This document shows, one piece after another, positions 23,861 through 38,134 of a stretch of DNA of 64,000 bases (its first letter is position 1; each line of letters opens with the position of its first letter). The notes beneath the pieces are model-generated. The model made no database searches. It saw only the letters and a program-made list of their open reading frames with translations, and was not told the origin of the DNA. This DNA comes from Podarcis filfolensis (lineage: Eukaryota), in the NCBI GenBank assembly GCA_964270895.1, contig OZ185444.1; one strand, written 5' to 3'. Position numbers and translations under genes: made by a program.

Positions 23861-26800
23861 GTAAGTACTACCCAGGTTGTTTGCTAAGCGGGAGGCTGTC
23901 CCCTATTTCTCCAGTGAGGGGAAGGGAGAGTGTTTTTATTTCAATAGTGAGTGTAGTGCTCAGATCCCCCCCCCCTACGAATGACAAGAAGTGTAATGCC
24001 AAAGGAAGAAGCAACGGTGCTTTCACATGTTGCAGATAATAATAATAAGTGGTTACAGGTTGTGATTTGAACAGGCTTGAGAGTGGTAAAAGAGTGGGTA
24101 CCAACTTGCTCTTAATGCCTGAAGGATGCCCAATATGCAAAGGAACCTTTATCACCTCCCACAGTCAGTCCTGTATATGTTGGTATCACAACAACCCACA
24201 AAAGTTAATATTTTTGCCCTCTTAAAAATATAACACCCATTATTTTGCAGTACAGAGAAGGCCAAACACTCACAGGGAAAAATTAATGATGTGAGGACCT
24301 GTGATGCACATCTCAAAACCATTTCAGTTCATGACAGTCATGTCATACGTTGACCAGGCTATTCAATTGTCATAGTCACATTGCAAAGGACTATACTTAA
24401 ATTTTAAGTTGCTCTTTCCTATGTTACAGACCACATTAACTATATTCACAAGCTTTACAAATGTCAAAGTCCAGATGGTGTCATTTGTGAAGCAGCCTAT
24501 ATTGGCCCAATTCCATTAAACTACTCATTGCGGTGATTCTTACAGTATGAGGTTCAAGAAGTTGAGTTAAGTCATACACTAGGGAAAAAAGTGGAAGCAG
24601 TGGTATATTGATGTGTTTCGTGTAATACTTGCATGAACATACCAACATTTCTTTCCCACTAATAGTTTCCAAAAGAGCTCACATTGTTCGTCTTCTCAGT
24701 GAACAATCCCTGCTGGGGCATTAGCTCCAGAGTTTAAAAAAATGTGGATATGACAAAGCAGGAACAACAGAAGTTTAAGATAGGCTAACAGCACAAACCT
24801 ATGCAGACCTACTTAGAAGTCCCATTAAGTTCAGAGGGAACTATTCCTGGATAAGCAAGTATAGGACTTCAGTCTAAGTGTACTCCAGTGGAACCACCAA
24901 GCCATCTCTGCAGTGAGTTATGAAGAGAGTTATTTTTGTTAATGAGGATACATGCAGCTAAGCTAGGCAGGGGGTATAAACTCACACCAAAAAGAAAGAC
25001 TAGGGGTCAGAACACAAGATGCCGATGATATTTACAGAGGAAATTATTTCCTTTTGCCTAAGAGCCTTGCCTTTGTTATACACCCTTGCTTCCTAGATTG
25101 CCATTATAAATTATTTACTCTAAACGCCACTGAGCCCAGACCTAATCTTATATTCCTGGATCATCTTACTACAGTCCTGAACATCTCACAAAGTAACATT
25201 ACCTTTTCTTGACATAAGATCATACAGTATGCTGAATATTTCACTTAGACTATTGTTTAGTAGTTAATGCTACTTTTCATGAGACAAAAAATTCCTGCCT
25301 GCTCTGCTGAGCATTCACAGGCACACTGCCTTTTGAGATCTGAGTAACCATACCTGTATCCCTAAATAACCACACCATGACCTTACTCTTTTGCCTAGTA
25401 GATATTGTTGGAGTTTTCTTCAGGAAGACATGTAACATTGTCCCCCTGCCTCTCTCAGCCATCATTATAGTAGTAGAGTTGTGGTGTAAATTAAAATTCT
25501 CAGGAAATTATGCACCCAGATGTCTGGTAGGGGTAGCAGTACTAATGGTGGTTTCCCAGAGGTGCTCAACTAGGGGTTAGAGCAGAAAGGATGGCATCTG
25601 CTAAAACAGACATAGAAGAGTGTCACCTATATAGCCTTACCTGATACATTCTCACCTTTCCCTGTACACAAAGCAGCTAAATGTGCTCTCATCATCACAG
25701 ATATCACTGTATAATTAATATGGTACTTCAGTCAAGCATCCAAGAAAAGCAAGATCACTTGCACAATTCATGTCACTTTCCCTTCCCTCTTGTTCTTTCA
25801 AGCATCATCCTACATCCATAGAATGAGATACTCTGAGTGGAATTAAATACCTCTAGACAGAGAATACCAACTCTGGTGCCAACAGGATCTGTTTTCTGGG
25901 TTCATGGCATCCATTGTAACATCTATGCTATTGACCCTGGCCTCTTCTTAGTAGAAAGGCTGCTGTGAGGCCACAGAACACCCCCACCCTCACCGCCTAT
26001 TGCTTAACTTTTGTTAGGAGAGTTGGGGTAGAAACTTGAATCAGCATCTGCTGGACCTGTATAGATGTCAATTCACTTAACTGAGAGGAAGAAACTTATT
26101 AAGAATCCTTCAGATTACAGACTTTGTTTGGAACCTGAAATGGTTCAACAAATACCACATTACTTAATACCAAAGACTGTGTGGGAAACAGGTATAAGAT
26201 TTGGATTTAGCCCTTGAATTAGGTATCAGTATTCAGGTCCATATGCATATTCATTGGTTTTGGAGTTAACCCAAATCCAAAATGTATGATGTGCTTAGAA
26301 AATGAAAGCAGTCTGCAATGCTTTTTTTCAACTGTAGATCAAGGGCTGCTGACTTTGGGAACATTTATTCACCTTTAAGTTATTTAAATCAGGTAAAACC
26401 ATCTAGTTTTAAGATTCTTTCATTCCACGGAAGGAAGCAAATGGAAGGGCATTTTCTTTGGGGGAACACACCTTTCAAACGTATTGCCTGCTTTACTTCA
26501 TCCTTTGAGTGCTTTTTTGTTGACCTTCAGAAAATTGTGCAAGGTTTCTCTTTCAGGCTTCATTATTTAGGTCTTAGATATGTAGCATGGATTTTAGTAG
26601 TTCATGTGTAACCAGGGTCTTTGGACATTGGCTGCAAAATGCTAAATACCTTAAAATTTGTACTGGGGTCAAAATCATCTCTGTCCACCACAAATCCTGT
26701 TCTTAAGAAAACACAATGAATTGATAATTTGCTTTCTAAGTAACAACTTAAAGGTGTCCAATTAAATATTATCAAAACTATTCTGATAATTTAGAAAGAG

Positions 26801-27238
26801 TTAGCAATTTTCTATTCTAGCTCTGAGTTGTTCTTCCATCACGCTTGGCTTTATTGTATCTATTATATTGAAGCACACTGGAATTAGGCAGCAAAGCCCT
26901 CTGGGAATATGCTGACCTTTCTCCCCCACCATACTGTAAGAATGTTTATTCCTTAGCCCTGCTAGCTCATAAAAGGCTAAAAGGAAGTTCACACTGTGGG
27001 AATCCATCTGGCAGTACAAGGATTCATCCATGAGGAAGCTCATTTGGTTATCAGTCTAATCACAGACTATTAAGAGAACTGAGACTATTAAGAAGCTATC
27101 CTGTATAGGGTCAAACCAACTGGGCATCAAGCCACAAGGTAGATTCTTCTCACTAGACATGAGAAGACATTCTGCATCTGGCTGCAAAGGAAGGCAAAAA
27201 TCTTAAGTGAAACTGTGCATACAGTCTACCAATGATGA

Positions 27239-27880
<642 letters not shown>

Positions 27881-29323
27881 TGAGAGAGGTCCAAATCTCA
27901 GTATTGAAGGTTATGCACTCCTAGTCTTTCCTGGCTATAAAGGGCTGAAAAGGAGCAGCTAGACAGAAAAGAGAGAGAAGTTGGACTGATCAGGCTGACC
28001 TAAATTCTAATTCTCAGATATGGAGAATGGTCACTATGCATTATAATGCTGCCGTATTATGTTACAAAGTCACATGTTGTAGTTGGAGTTGCAGGTTATC
28101 TTCTCATCCAAATTTCTCTTTGCAAATGCTGACAGTTGTCCAAACTTTCAGAAGAGGATATAATTGAAGGGATCAAGATGAGGAAGGGGTCTAGCCCATC
28201 TGATCATTTTGGAGTTTCTGGATTCACTGGCTGCAAATCACTACAGTGGGGAAAAGATCAGGGGAATGTGTAGTTGCTAGAATGCAAAATGAATTACAGA
28301 ATGCATTCAGATATTTTCCTTGATAAGGCAATTTCACTGGTGCTAAACACCAAACAAAGCAGAGGGAAGGTCAGTGGTCGTATTGCGCAGTTTGGATTTT
28401 GACCTTAGTACTACCAATTATGTGCAAGATTCCCACAGTGGACTTTGCCCTCTGCTCTCTCAATGGGGATTTCACTGTTTCAATAGAGCCAGTGCCCAAG
28501 CAACCATAATTTTATATCTAAGTTCTCCCATCTGGGGGAAAAATGGCTCAGCAGCATATATGTCAATGATGATGTGTTAATTAACAGTAACCTTTGAGTC
28601 AATTAACTGTAGTATGTTGTTATTACTGATGGAAAATGTTAAATATTTCTAATTGCTGAAACACTATAACCTGAGCTAAAAGCAAGAGCTTTAATTGTTG
28701 GCTACCCTTTTTGATACAGGCAAGTTCCCCTCTCTCTCTCTCTCTCTCTCCCTTAGTAATGTCATTGATTGTTGTTCAAATTCTTTTTCCAATTCACCTT
28801 GTGAGTCTGATTTTGGGCCAAGGGCAAGTTAAACATTGTTATAAAGTGTTAGTAGACAGGAAAAAAGCAGCAGCAATGTATAGGACATTCTTCTTACATT
28901 GTGTTGAAACAGAAAGCAATAAAGGGCTAAAGGTAGCAGGATCTCTTAGGGTAGCAATCAATATCTGTTTTGCTCTTGGATACAGAGGACTCTTGTTTAG
29001 CCACACGTTATTAGGGGACTCTAATCTACTAGAAGTTTCAGCCTATGAAGGCTTCTGAGTTTCATGGACAAAATCTCAGTGACATCAGTTATGCACTATC
29101 AACACTGCTGGTGGTTATAAGGCTGTGGAAAAAGAATAGCTAAGCTGGTGTTTTTCAGCATATTCCACAAAGACAATTATCCCCATAACTTGAGACTGTC
29201 TTGCGTCTCACACTTGTCACCTAGAAAAATGCTTCCGTTTCCAAACAGAATGTTCTCTGTGTAACACATTTCTTGACTCAAAATGGCCAAATGCTTAGTT
29301 AAAGAAGGGGTGGGTGGGTGGCT

Positions 29324-29969
29324 TTGTTGTTGGCATCCATCTGTCTAAAGAGACAATGGAGTGAGCCCCTGGGAGGTGAAATCAAACTGCTGCATTAGCA
29401 GCACCTAAGTGACTTTCCTGGGGTGCAAGCCTAGGCAGTATGTATGGAGGTCCTGGGCCTCACTGATGTGGTCCAAAGGAGAGCAGAGCACCAACTTGGC
29501 TGCAGGTGATGTCAGAGGTGTACAAGGTGCCATCCAACCATTTTAGGGATTCCACACTGGATTTGTAGGGTTTACTACTTAGCTTTTTCTTCTTCCGAAG
29601 ATATCCTACAAGGCAGCAGAGGCTTAGGATCACAGTTTTACTTCTAGATGGGCTATCTTCCTAGGTTGCTGAGTCCCATCTGCCCCTCACTTCCCTCTAC
29701 AGCACATACAGAAACTGCCTTCTTGATCATTGGTTCCACTATTGGTGTCATCCGCTTCGGAGTCTGTCTTTGCATGCAGGGGGAGTCCCTAACTCACCAA
29801 GGCTTTGAAATCCATCAGCTACCCCCACCTGGGGTGTTAGGGGAGGGGTACTACCATCATGCTCCTTCTGGGGTAGTTTGTCCACCTTTGGTCTCCAACC
29901 TGCACTCAGCTCTCACCCGCAGCTCCTAGAAACTCTCAGCATATGACATAAGCTACACCACGGGAAGAG
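29324..29969 (-). mobile_element. Non-autonomous RTE-type retroelement copy 2, with inverted 5' segment (about 29833-29969)
   Basis: Colinear with copy 1 up to CACCTGG (about 29832). It then contains TGCACTCAGCTCTCACCCGCAGCTCCTAGAAACTCTCAGC, the reverse complement of copy 1 positions 16425-16464. Confidence 0.7.
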
Positions 29970-30051
29970 GGAACGATCCCTGTGTATTTAAGTGCTCAGC
30001 CACAGCAGCTGCATTGAAATGAATTATTGCTCTGAGCATGATGTGATCTGA

Positions 30052-30555
<504 letters not shown>

Positions 30556-31428
30556 ATACCTTATTGGAAATTAGTGGCAGAGGAGAACAGGATATGAGAG
30601 GCCTATGGCTTGGGCCTTTCCACATCTTCCAAGACATACAGATGGACTGTGCTGCTGTTCCATTCATCCAATTAGTAAAACATGCTTCTGGGTTCAGAAC
30701 ACCTGGCTCTGGGTTCAAGTCCCTCTCACTTGCCTCTGTCCTCATGTACTTCCAAGTGAATAAACTGTAGTCAGACCTCAAGTGCTTATCATTTTTCCTC
30801 TTTGCACAAGACTCCCCACAGATGCTCATTTATGGGGAAGTTCAGCCAACCCAGCACTATCTTGCCTCTGCTTCAGTTCCTGACTCCTTCAGAAACTCCC
30901 ATACCACCACAGAATCTTTTACCAACAAAACAAGCAGCCAAAGGCACTAAGACAACTCCTGTGAAAGTGTCTAAACGTCACAGGTTGAGTCACTGATATT
31001 ACTGCATGACAATCTACTCCTTCCCATTAGCTGTATATTCAGAAAAACCCAGTTCACAGCCAGCCCAGAACTGATGAAAGGCCTGTAACTGAGTGCACAA
31101 TATCCACAGGGAATTTGACTTTCCTGTTTTTAACATTACAAAGGAATTAATATCCTTTTACATAAAAAATACGCATTGCGTATACTCACTCTGTTGTGTA
31201 GTCTAGTCTACACAACAAAGGGTGCAGACAAATAAAAATATTAACATAGGCTGATCACCCACAGACTTATTCATATACACACATCTTTCCTTTGCATACC
31301 ATCTGTAGATTACTATTTGTAGAGCGCTATAAAGTGTGCCAGCCACTGCCTGATATGGATGATAATTTATGATCCCTGCAATGAAGGACATTAAAAAGTA
31401 TTTGAAGAAGAAGCAAAGGTGAAATAAA
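30556..31428 (+). other. LRTM2: LRTM2 3' UTR with candidate poly(A) signals (AATAAA at 30759, 31231, 31423); true 3' end unknown
   Basis: The hexamers are seen directly downstream of the stop codon. Which one is used cannot be told from sequence. Confidence 0.4.
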
Positions 31429-32214
31429 GGAAGGATGGGTCGTGACTATTAAAACGAGAGTTACTTTGGGAAGGCTAATGTGTATCCTCCAAAAGGGAAA
31501 ACATTTTTTCTGGGATATTAGAGAATTAATCTGAAAGGCTCTTATAGTCTTTGTGGCAGAAGTGGGTCTCTGGAAGGGATTTAAGAGGAGAACAGCCTTT
31601 CTGATCTCCTTAGAAAGAGTATTTTGAGGACTTGGGTAGTGGTGGGGAGGAGTATGGAAGTGGTTTTATGGAAACAATACACACTGTAGGTCATAACCAG
31701 AATCATTAATGTGACTATATGCAATGTAACACAGTGTGGGTCAGATGGGGAGAATTGGACAAAATGATTTAGAGCCATGAATAAGACATCAAGGAGTATC
31801 AGTGTAAAATGTAGAGAGAGGAGATGCTGTTCAGGGTCAATGTTGGTCAGCTCTTCATGCAAACACTCTACTGATATAGGCATGTATGAATAACGCTGGT
31901 GCATGTAAGCAGCCATGCAAGAGTCCTACTCAAAAACAGGGAGAGTAGCATTAATATTCTCTGCAGCATCCATGCATATAATACACACATACATTCAAGG
32001 AACACACAGATGCATACATGGGCACAAGCATGCATGTGCACATACACACTGAACACACATGAATTCTTATGCAGGGTATCCTTCCCAAGCTCAAAGCATA
32101 TTACATTAGCCTCATTTCTTTTCAAACTGATGGCAGGGAGGAGGGAACCAACATAAGGACTCATTTTATATCACTGAAAGTGGGATAAAGTGCTGTCTCC
32201 AGGGGAGAGCACAT

Positions 32215-32228
32215 ATTGCCATGGTAAC
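32215..32228. promoter_or_regulatory. RFX X-box-like site
   Basis: ATTGCCATGGTAAC, 13/14 to GTTGCCATGGYAAC. Confidence 0.4.
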
Positions 32229-35200
32229 CTGCTCTAGCCCGTCACAGCGGGTATTCCTGGGATAGGAAGATGACACGAGAGGTCGTGCAGCCGCAGTTTT
32301 TGTGGATACTGTGATCCTTGCAGTCATGAAAAAAAATTGGCAGCTGGCCCAGATTCCAAGGTATCTCTCTAGCAACTCAGGAGCAGAGCCCAACAATCAC
32401 CTTAGTTGGGCATGGAGCAGGTCTTCAGAATTCTTCCTTCTTTTGTCGTATTCTTATGCCTTTCAATGAGCTCAAGTTCTTTCTTTAACTGTTGCTGCTG
32501 GTTTGAGTAGAAGCAATGCTTACTTTCCTTTAATTCATCCCTAAATCTCCTGTCAGCAAACAAGAACACTGTGAAGGACTCAAGATTACATCTTGGGAGC
32601 AGTAATTCAACCCTCTACCATCCTATTAGCAAAGAACTACCACATCCCAAAAGAGGGAATAACCTTCAGACAGAGAGGCGTGGCAGGAAAAAAATTCTCA
32701 TGGAACATTAGAGAGGAGACGGTGGGAAATGAGATTCATTCATTTATTAAATTTGTATCTCCTACCTTTCCTCTCAAAGGAGCCCAGGGCAGCAAACATC
32801 AAAATGGTAAAACAACACAATTTAAAGTGGTATCCAAACGGTGAATATGGCTATGGCATCTAATTTTAAGATCTGTGCAGAAGGTCAGCATCAAGGTAAG
32901 AGGCAAATTCCAAGAATGGAGGATAGACTCTTTCTCTCATTACGTACCATGTATGTATTGTGGTCCCTCAAAGTGTGCAACTCCAATTCCGCTTTATCCC
33001 AGAATGATGGGCAAAACTAGGCTACTAAAGACTCTAGCTAATGTATGTATGTATGCCTGTATTGCTCCTACTGCATATATACCCAACAAACTAGCACTGG
33101 CACTCTGCCTGCTAGATATACAATTCCAACCTTACTGTCTCTATAATCTTCCCAAAGGAACGTACCTCTGTAACATACATACTGGACAGCACAATTATAC
33201 TTGAAATTGGATTTTTGTCAGAGCTGTATATTTATAGATCTCTATTTTACTTCTAAGAAATAATTATGACATGATTGCACAGAACAAATGATGTGTGCAT
33301 GTGTGTTTAGAGGATGAGAAGAATTGAGGAGCGCAAATTAGGTGTGGGGGGGAATCCCCTTCCTCTTCCATTCCCTATTCTCACCTTTGGCAGGTTTCCC
33401 TTTGTTGCCAATTACATTTTCTGTTTTCCATGTTGTGAGTTTAATTACAACTTTAAACTTTATTCCAATTTATCATTTGATATGGCATAGGGTTGGCCCT
33501 GATACTTCCACATTTAGAAATCCACATCTGAAAAGGGGAAGTAAGTGAAGGGACAAAGTAAGCGTTTGTTGAGAAAAGTAAGGGTGTTGGGTGGATAATG
33601 TTGGTCCCAAAGACACTGGAGTACTTGGGTAGTAAAATGGGCTGTTGAGAATGCAATAAGCCAATATAGGAAGTGTCCTCTTTCAAGCTACTGGGAAACT
33701 GTGCCTTCAGCTGTAATCAGAAGGTCTGGAATGATCTTGTTACATCATTTAGAATTCTTGAACTAGGGTTGAGGAAACTCTATGAAGTCTCAGAAAATAT
33801 GCAAAATGTCATGCATCCCAACACCTTCCATTCATATAAAACCACAATATATACCTGTTGAAAACACAGAGATTTAGACCATCTGATTCTTATATGGCTG
33901 CTACAAGTATATACTCTGGCTGTGGGCAGTATAAATAATCAAAAGAAGAAAGGGTTTGGATCTACCAATTTCATAATACTTATTCCATTTGAAAAAGAGG
34001 TTCACTTGCATAACATTTCAGAACTGCTGTTCAAGTGAACTGAGAAGATGAATATCTTAGCAATAGGGCCCTTCAGCAGAATCAGTATACTCTTTCTACT
34101 GGTTAGAGATCAGCATGCATACCTGTACTAAACTACCTATGTATAAGACCAAAATACTATCAGAAGTATATGCATGTGTAACTGTTATGCTGAGATTATT
34201 CGGGAGTTTAGCGATATGCCATCAGTGTTAAAATTTGTATATACAAGACCACAGGGCACTTCACAAATGGCACAAATAATGCCTATTAATGTGCCACTTG
34301 AAAACTCTCTTACTATGGGATCTAACATAGGGAATAGCCCTAATACTCCATAACTATCCAGCTATTAATTTTAATAACCAGACTGATGTTTGTTTCTCTG
34401 TAGGTATGAGTAGGCCTGGTTTTGAAAACACATGCCAAAGTGCCACCACTGAAAATGAAGCAGCATAGCTCTCCTGTGGGCTTGACTGGTGCTGATCAAA
34501 ACAGATTGGAAGATAATTAGAAATGAGAAAGGGGTGCAGTGCAAACATTCATAATGCATGCACCTGTTAACATCACTGCAGAAATCCGGCATACAAGAGG
34601 TTTAAGTAAAAATTTCTACATCACTTGTGAAAACTCCCTTAGTATGCTCCAGGCTATTAGGTGCAGCCAGCAGCTGACAGCTAAGGAGAGACTACCCTTT
34701 AAAAAAAAATGTTGGCAAAAAGCCATAATGAAGGACAACCTAATTCCTTTAGTAAAGGTGGATATAGACAAGACTGCTTTCCTGTGCTGGTAGGTCAATA
34801 CAGCAACCAAGGAAAGTTTAGCTCCTGGTACAGTCACACTATCCCAAGAAAACAAGAGGTAGGCACAGTTCCTCGGGGTGGGGGTCTTGAAAGGAGGACA
34901 GATGGCACATACAATTCTTTTTTTCTGTTAGAATTTAAGGGAGAACCAGTTTTTAAAAAGCAGCTGAAGGTATATTATATTTCTGGCTTGTTGTTTTAGA
35001 AGAATAATAAAGAATGTATTTTCCTATGCAACTCATGCTTTACGTTTGGTTTGTGGAAATAACCTACTGCTCTGCAAATTTTCTGCAAGAATGAATGAGT
35101 GCAAGAGATTCTCTAACATAAAGGGGAAATACTCAAATACACAAAGAAACAGAAGGGACCAGAAGTGAAGCTAAGGCAATTGTTTAATTTGGGTTGGATC

Positions 35201-37544
35201 ACACCTCTACGAATCTTGCACCAAGGGGAGTTGCCAGGTTAGTTTGCTGGAGCAACAACAAAATTCTTGTGGCATTTAAAAGACTAACAAATGCATTGTG
35301 GCATATGTTTTCACTAAGTTCATTTTATGAGATATATGATTATCCTCAGTTGGCAGACAAACTCATCAAGCATGAATGCGTGTGTACACACACACACATA
35401 CACCCTAACTAATGATAAACATGCCTATGATGAAGCAGACTCTACTCCATGAAAGCTCACACAATAAAAGTCTTTAAAGTGCCACAAAACTCTTACGCTA
35501 TGCAACTTTTACAGCTCCTTGGATCTGCATCCCCGTCAACTGGTGAACTGTGCATGCACTAGCTGGCTTGTACTCCAGAATTCTTCAGACCTACTCAAGC
35601 TGCATCCAAGCAAGATCCTGTTATGCACTGACCATGTGCTGGGGGGCAAGGAACTAACTCACCAGGAACTGCTCATACAGGAGCAAAACAGGGTGCCACA
35701 TGGCCTCTGCAGCAGAAACTGTGCAGGCTAGCCCATAAAAACCTATCCTTGCTCCTGGACATTTAATACCTTACAAGCTCTCTTCATACCTCTTACAACC
35801 TTAGATTGGTAAGAAACGCATATACAGACTGTATCCACTGCCCCTGACTGGCTAGGGAGCACTGTGCAAATTATGCTTTCACACCTCTCCCTTCCAGCAT
35901 GCGATATTGCTCCTTTCCCCTCCTTTTTTTTTTTGGTCTCTTTCATCATCATAATCTCTCTCTCTTGCCTCTCCATGAGCAGCTGCTCTTCAGATATTCC
36001 TTTCTCTGATCTTCTCAACTGTCACTTCTCAACTGTCATAGACGATCCCAAGCCCCCACATTCCATCTGCCTTCTAAAAAGGTAGCTCTCCTCCACAAGC
36101 AGGGGCTTTTCTCTGGCCATTCTTTCTCTTGACACAAATCCAGGTCATCTGAGAAGGAGAGGCACAGCGGAGCCTTTGCGCCAGATCCAAATTTAGATGC
36201 CGGTTTGGCTCTAAATGACTTAGCCTTTAAGGGTATTGTAAGCCAAGGGTGTGATGTAAATGAAGAAAACTACGTGTATTTGATGAGGAATTGAAAATAT
36301 GTTCCTTCAGACACACGCTCCCTAATGTGAAGAACTTGAATCGTTTCCAGAACTTTGTGGAAGTAGTACAGAAAGCCTACCAGGAGGGTGCTTGGCACAG
36401 GACAGCTCTACTTTGCTCTCCATTTCATTGCATGTCAGACTGTACAGGCTGCTGAAGCCTTTGCCAGCAGGAATGAAGACATATAGAAGCCAGAAAGAGC
36501 AATTCAGCTCAATTTCCAAAAGGAGGAAAGTAAGGGCTGTACACTCTCTTTCCATTTCCCTATCAGTCTGCTGTCATTTCCCTATCTTCTGACCATAACT
36601 CTGTGGGGAGGGGCTATGTCCCATGTTCAGTCATTGGCATTTCTAGTTAAAAGGCTCTTGGGTAACTGGTGATGGAAATTCATATTGTGAGGAGTACACT
36701 TCCCAGCTCCCACTGCCACTGAAGTCAGCAGTTTTTACATTATGCAATGGTATCGTAAGATAGCATGGGTTGGGTTTTTGAGTGGAAATGAGGAGAGGGT
36801 GTCAAAGAGGGAACAGAACTAATAACTATGCCCAGGGCTCACTTGCACAACCATGATTCACATTTCAATACAAATCACTGCAAAATTATTCCGCTATTGT
36901 AGTAGTTTGTGCAGTTATTAGAATCCAGAAAGCCAGATATGCCCATCACAAAAGCGCAAAGGGAAAAGCTATAAACTGACTGCAAATTAGATCCACAGAT
37001 CATGCAATTTCCAAGGCAATGCACAAAACCCCTAGTATCCAGATGCTTATGTAAGAACTCTACATCCATGACTTTTTGAAAATGTTAGGAGTGAATGTGA
37101 CCAACAGCTGTATCATGCAGATACACTAATCAGAGAGAATACATGAATTTGTTACTTTGAACCTGTCTCAGAGACATAATACAAATCTGAATACACCTAA
37201 TCTCTGGATATGGTCTTCCAAGTGCTTGACAACCCTCCTGTTTTTGTACTCCCAGGCAAGCAGTGAAAACAGGTCTTCGCAGTCCCTGGTGTGCTCTTGG
37301 GCTTTATTCAGTGCAAGGATTTACAAGTTGTAGACACTTGGCCCTGGCACAGGGCATACTTTTATCTTTAAACCAGATTAGGACAGGACAGTGATTCAAA
37401 CAGAACTCCTTCAAACAGAGGACTGCCATCTGTAGATTGCCCTCTACAAAAGATTGCCCTCTGTAAAACAAGACACATACATGGTCACTCTATTTCTGAA
37501 TACCAGAAATACTACTAATACTGCTTTTGGGGTAAGATGCTTGA

Positions 37545-37765
37545 GAGGGTGATGGCAGTCCAGTTGCAGACACTCTTGGAAGAAACTGATTATCTTGACC
37601 CATTTCATTTTGGGTTCAGGCTCAGTTTGGGACAGAATCTGTCTTGGTCACCCTGATAGGGGTCTTTATTCAGGAGAGGGACAGAGGGGAAGTGTGACCC
37701 TGTTGCTTTTTCTTGATCTCTCAGATGTTTTTGATACTATTGAGCACAATATTCTCCTGGGTAGC
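37545..37765 (+). mobile_element. L2-type LINE reverse transcriptase fragment
   Basis: QLQTLLEETDYLDPFHFGFR and RGSVTLLLFLDLSDVFDTIEHNILL are RT motifs, here with frameshifts. Confidence 0.8.
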
Positions 37766-38120
37766 TGCACCGGGTTCTGCCTAACATGGGGGGAGCCGTA
37801 TGTGTGGTGGTTACCCAGATCTATGCCCTCAAACATGCCAGGAGCCCAGTATGTTCACAATTCCACCAAGAATTCATAGTTGTGTCAACTTATGCTACTG
37901 AAGTGGGCTCCCTTCACAGAGGAACTATGCACACACATGTGTACACACATTTCAATAGGGTTGGAGCCATGCATGAGTTAATACCAGTGAAAAGAAGGAG
38001 AGGAAATTAAAAGTGAAAAGTTGAAAGCCTAGCACATGACTCTTCCTCTATCACATCTGTGAATCCTGGAGCGTGAGAGTAATTGTCTGAAATGAGTCAG
38101 ACCAAAGGCACAAGGAAACA

Positions 38121-38134
38121 GTTGCTATAGCAAC
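38121..38134. promoter_or_regulatory. Perfect palindromic RFX X-box
   Basis: GTTGCTATAGCAAC in a repeat-free block that retains CpGs. Confidence 0.5.

Noticed and set aside
35505-35560. Possible CACNA2D4 exon 28-like peptide SSPVDGDADPRSCKS on the - strand
   Set aside because: Weak similarity, no convincing splice sites, and the intervening exon 27 was not found between it and 41466.
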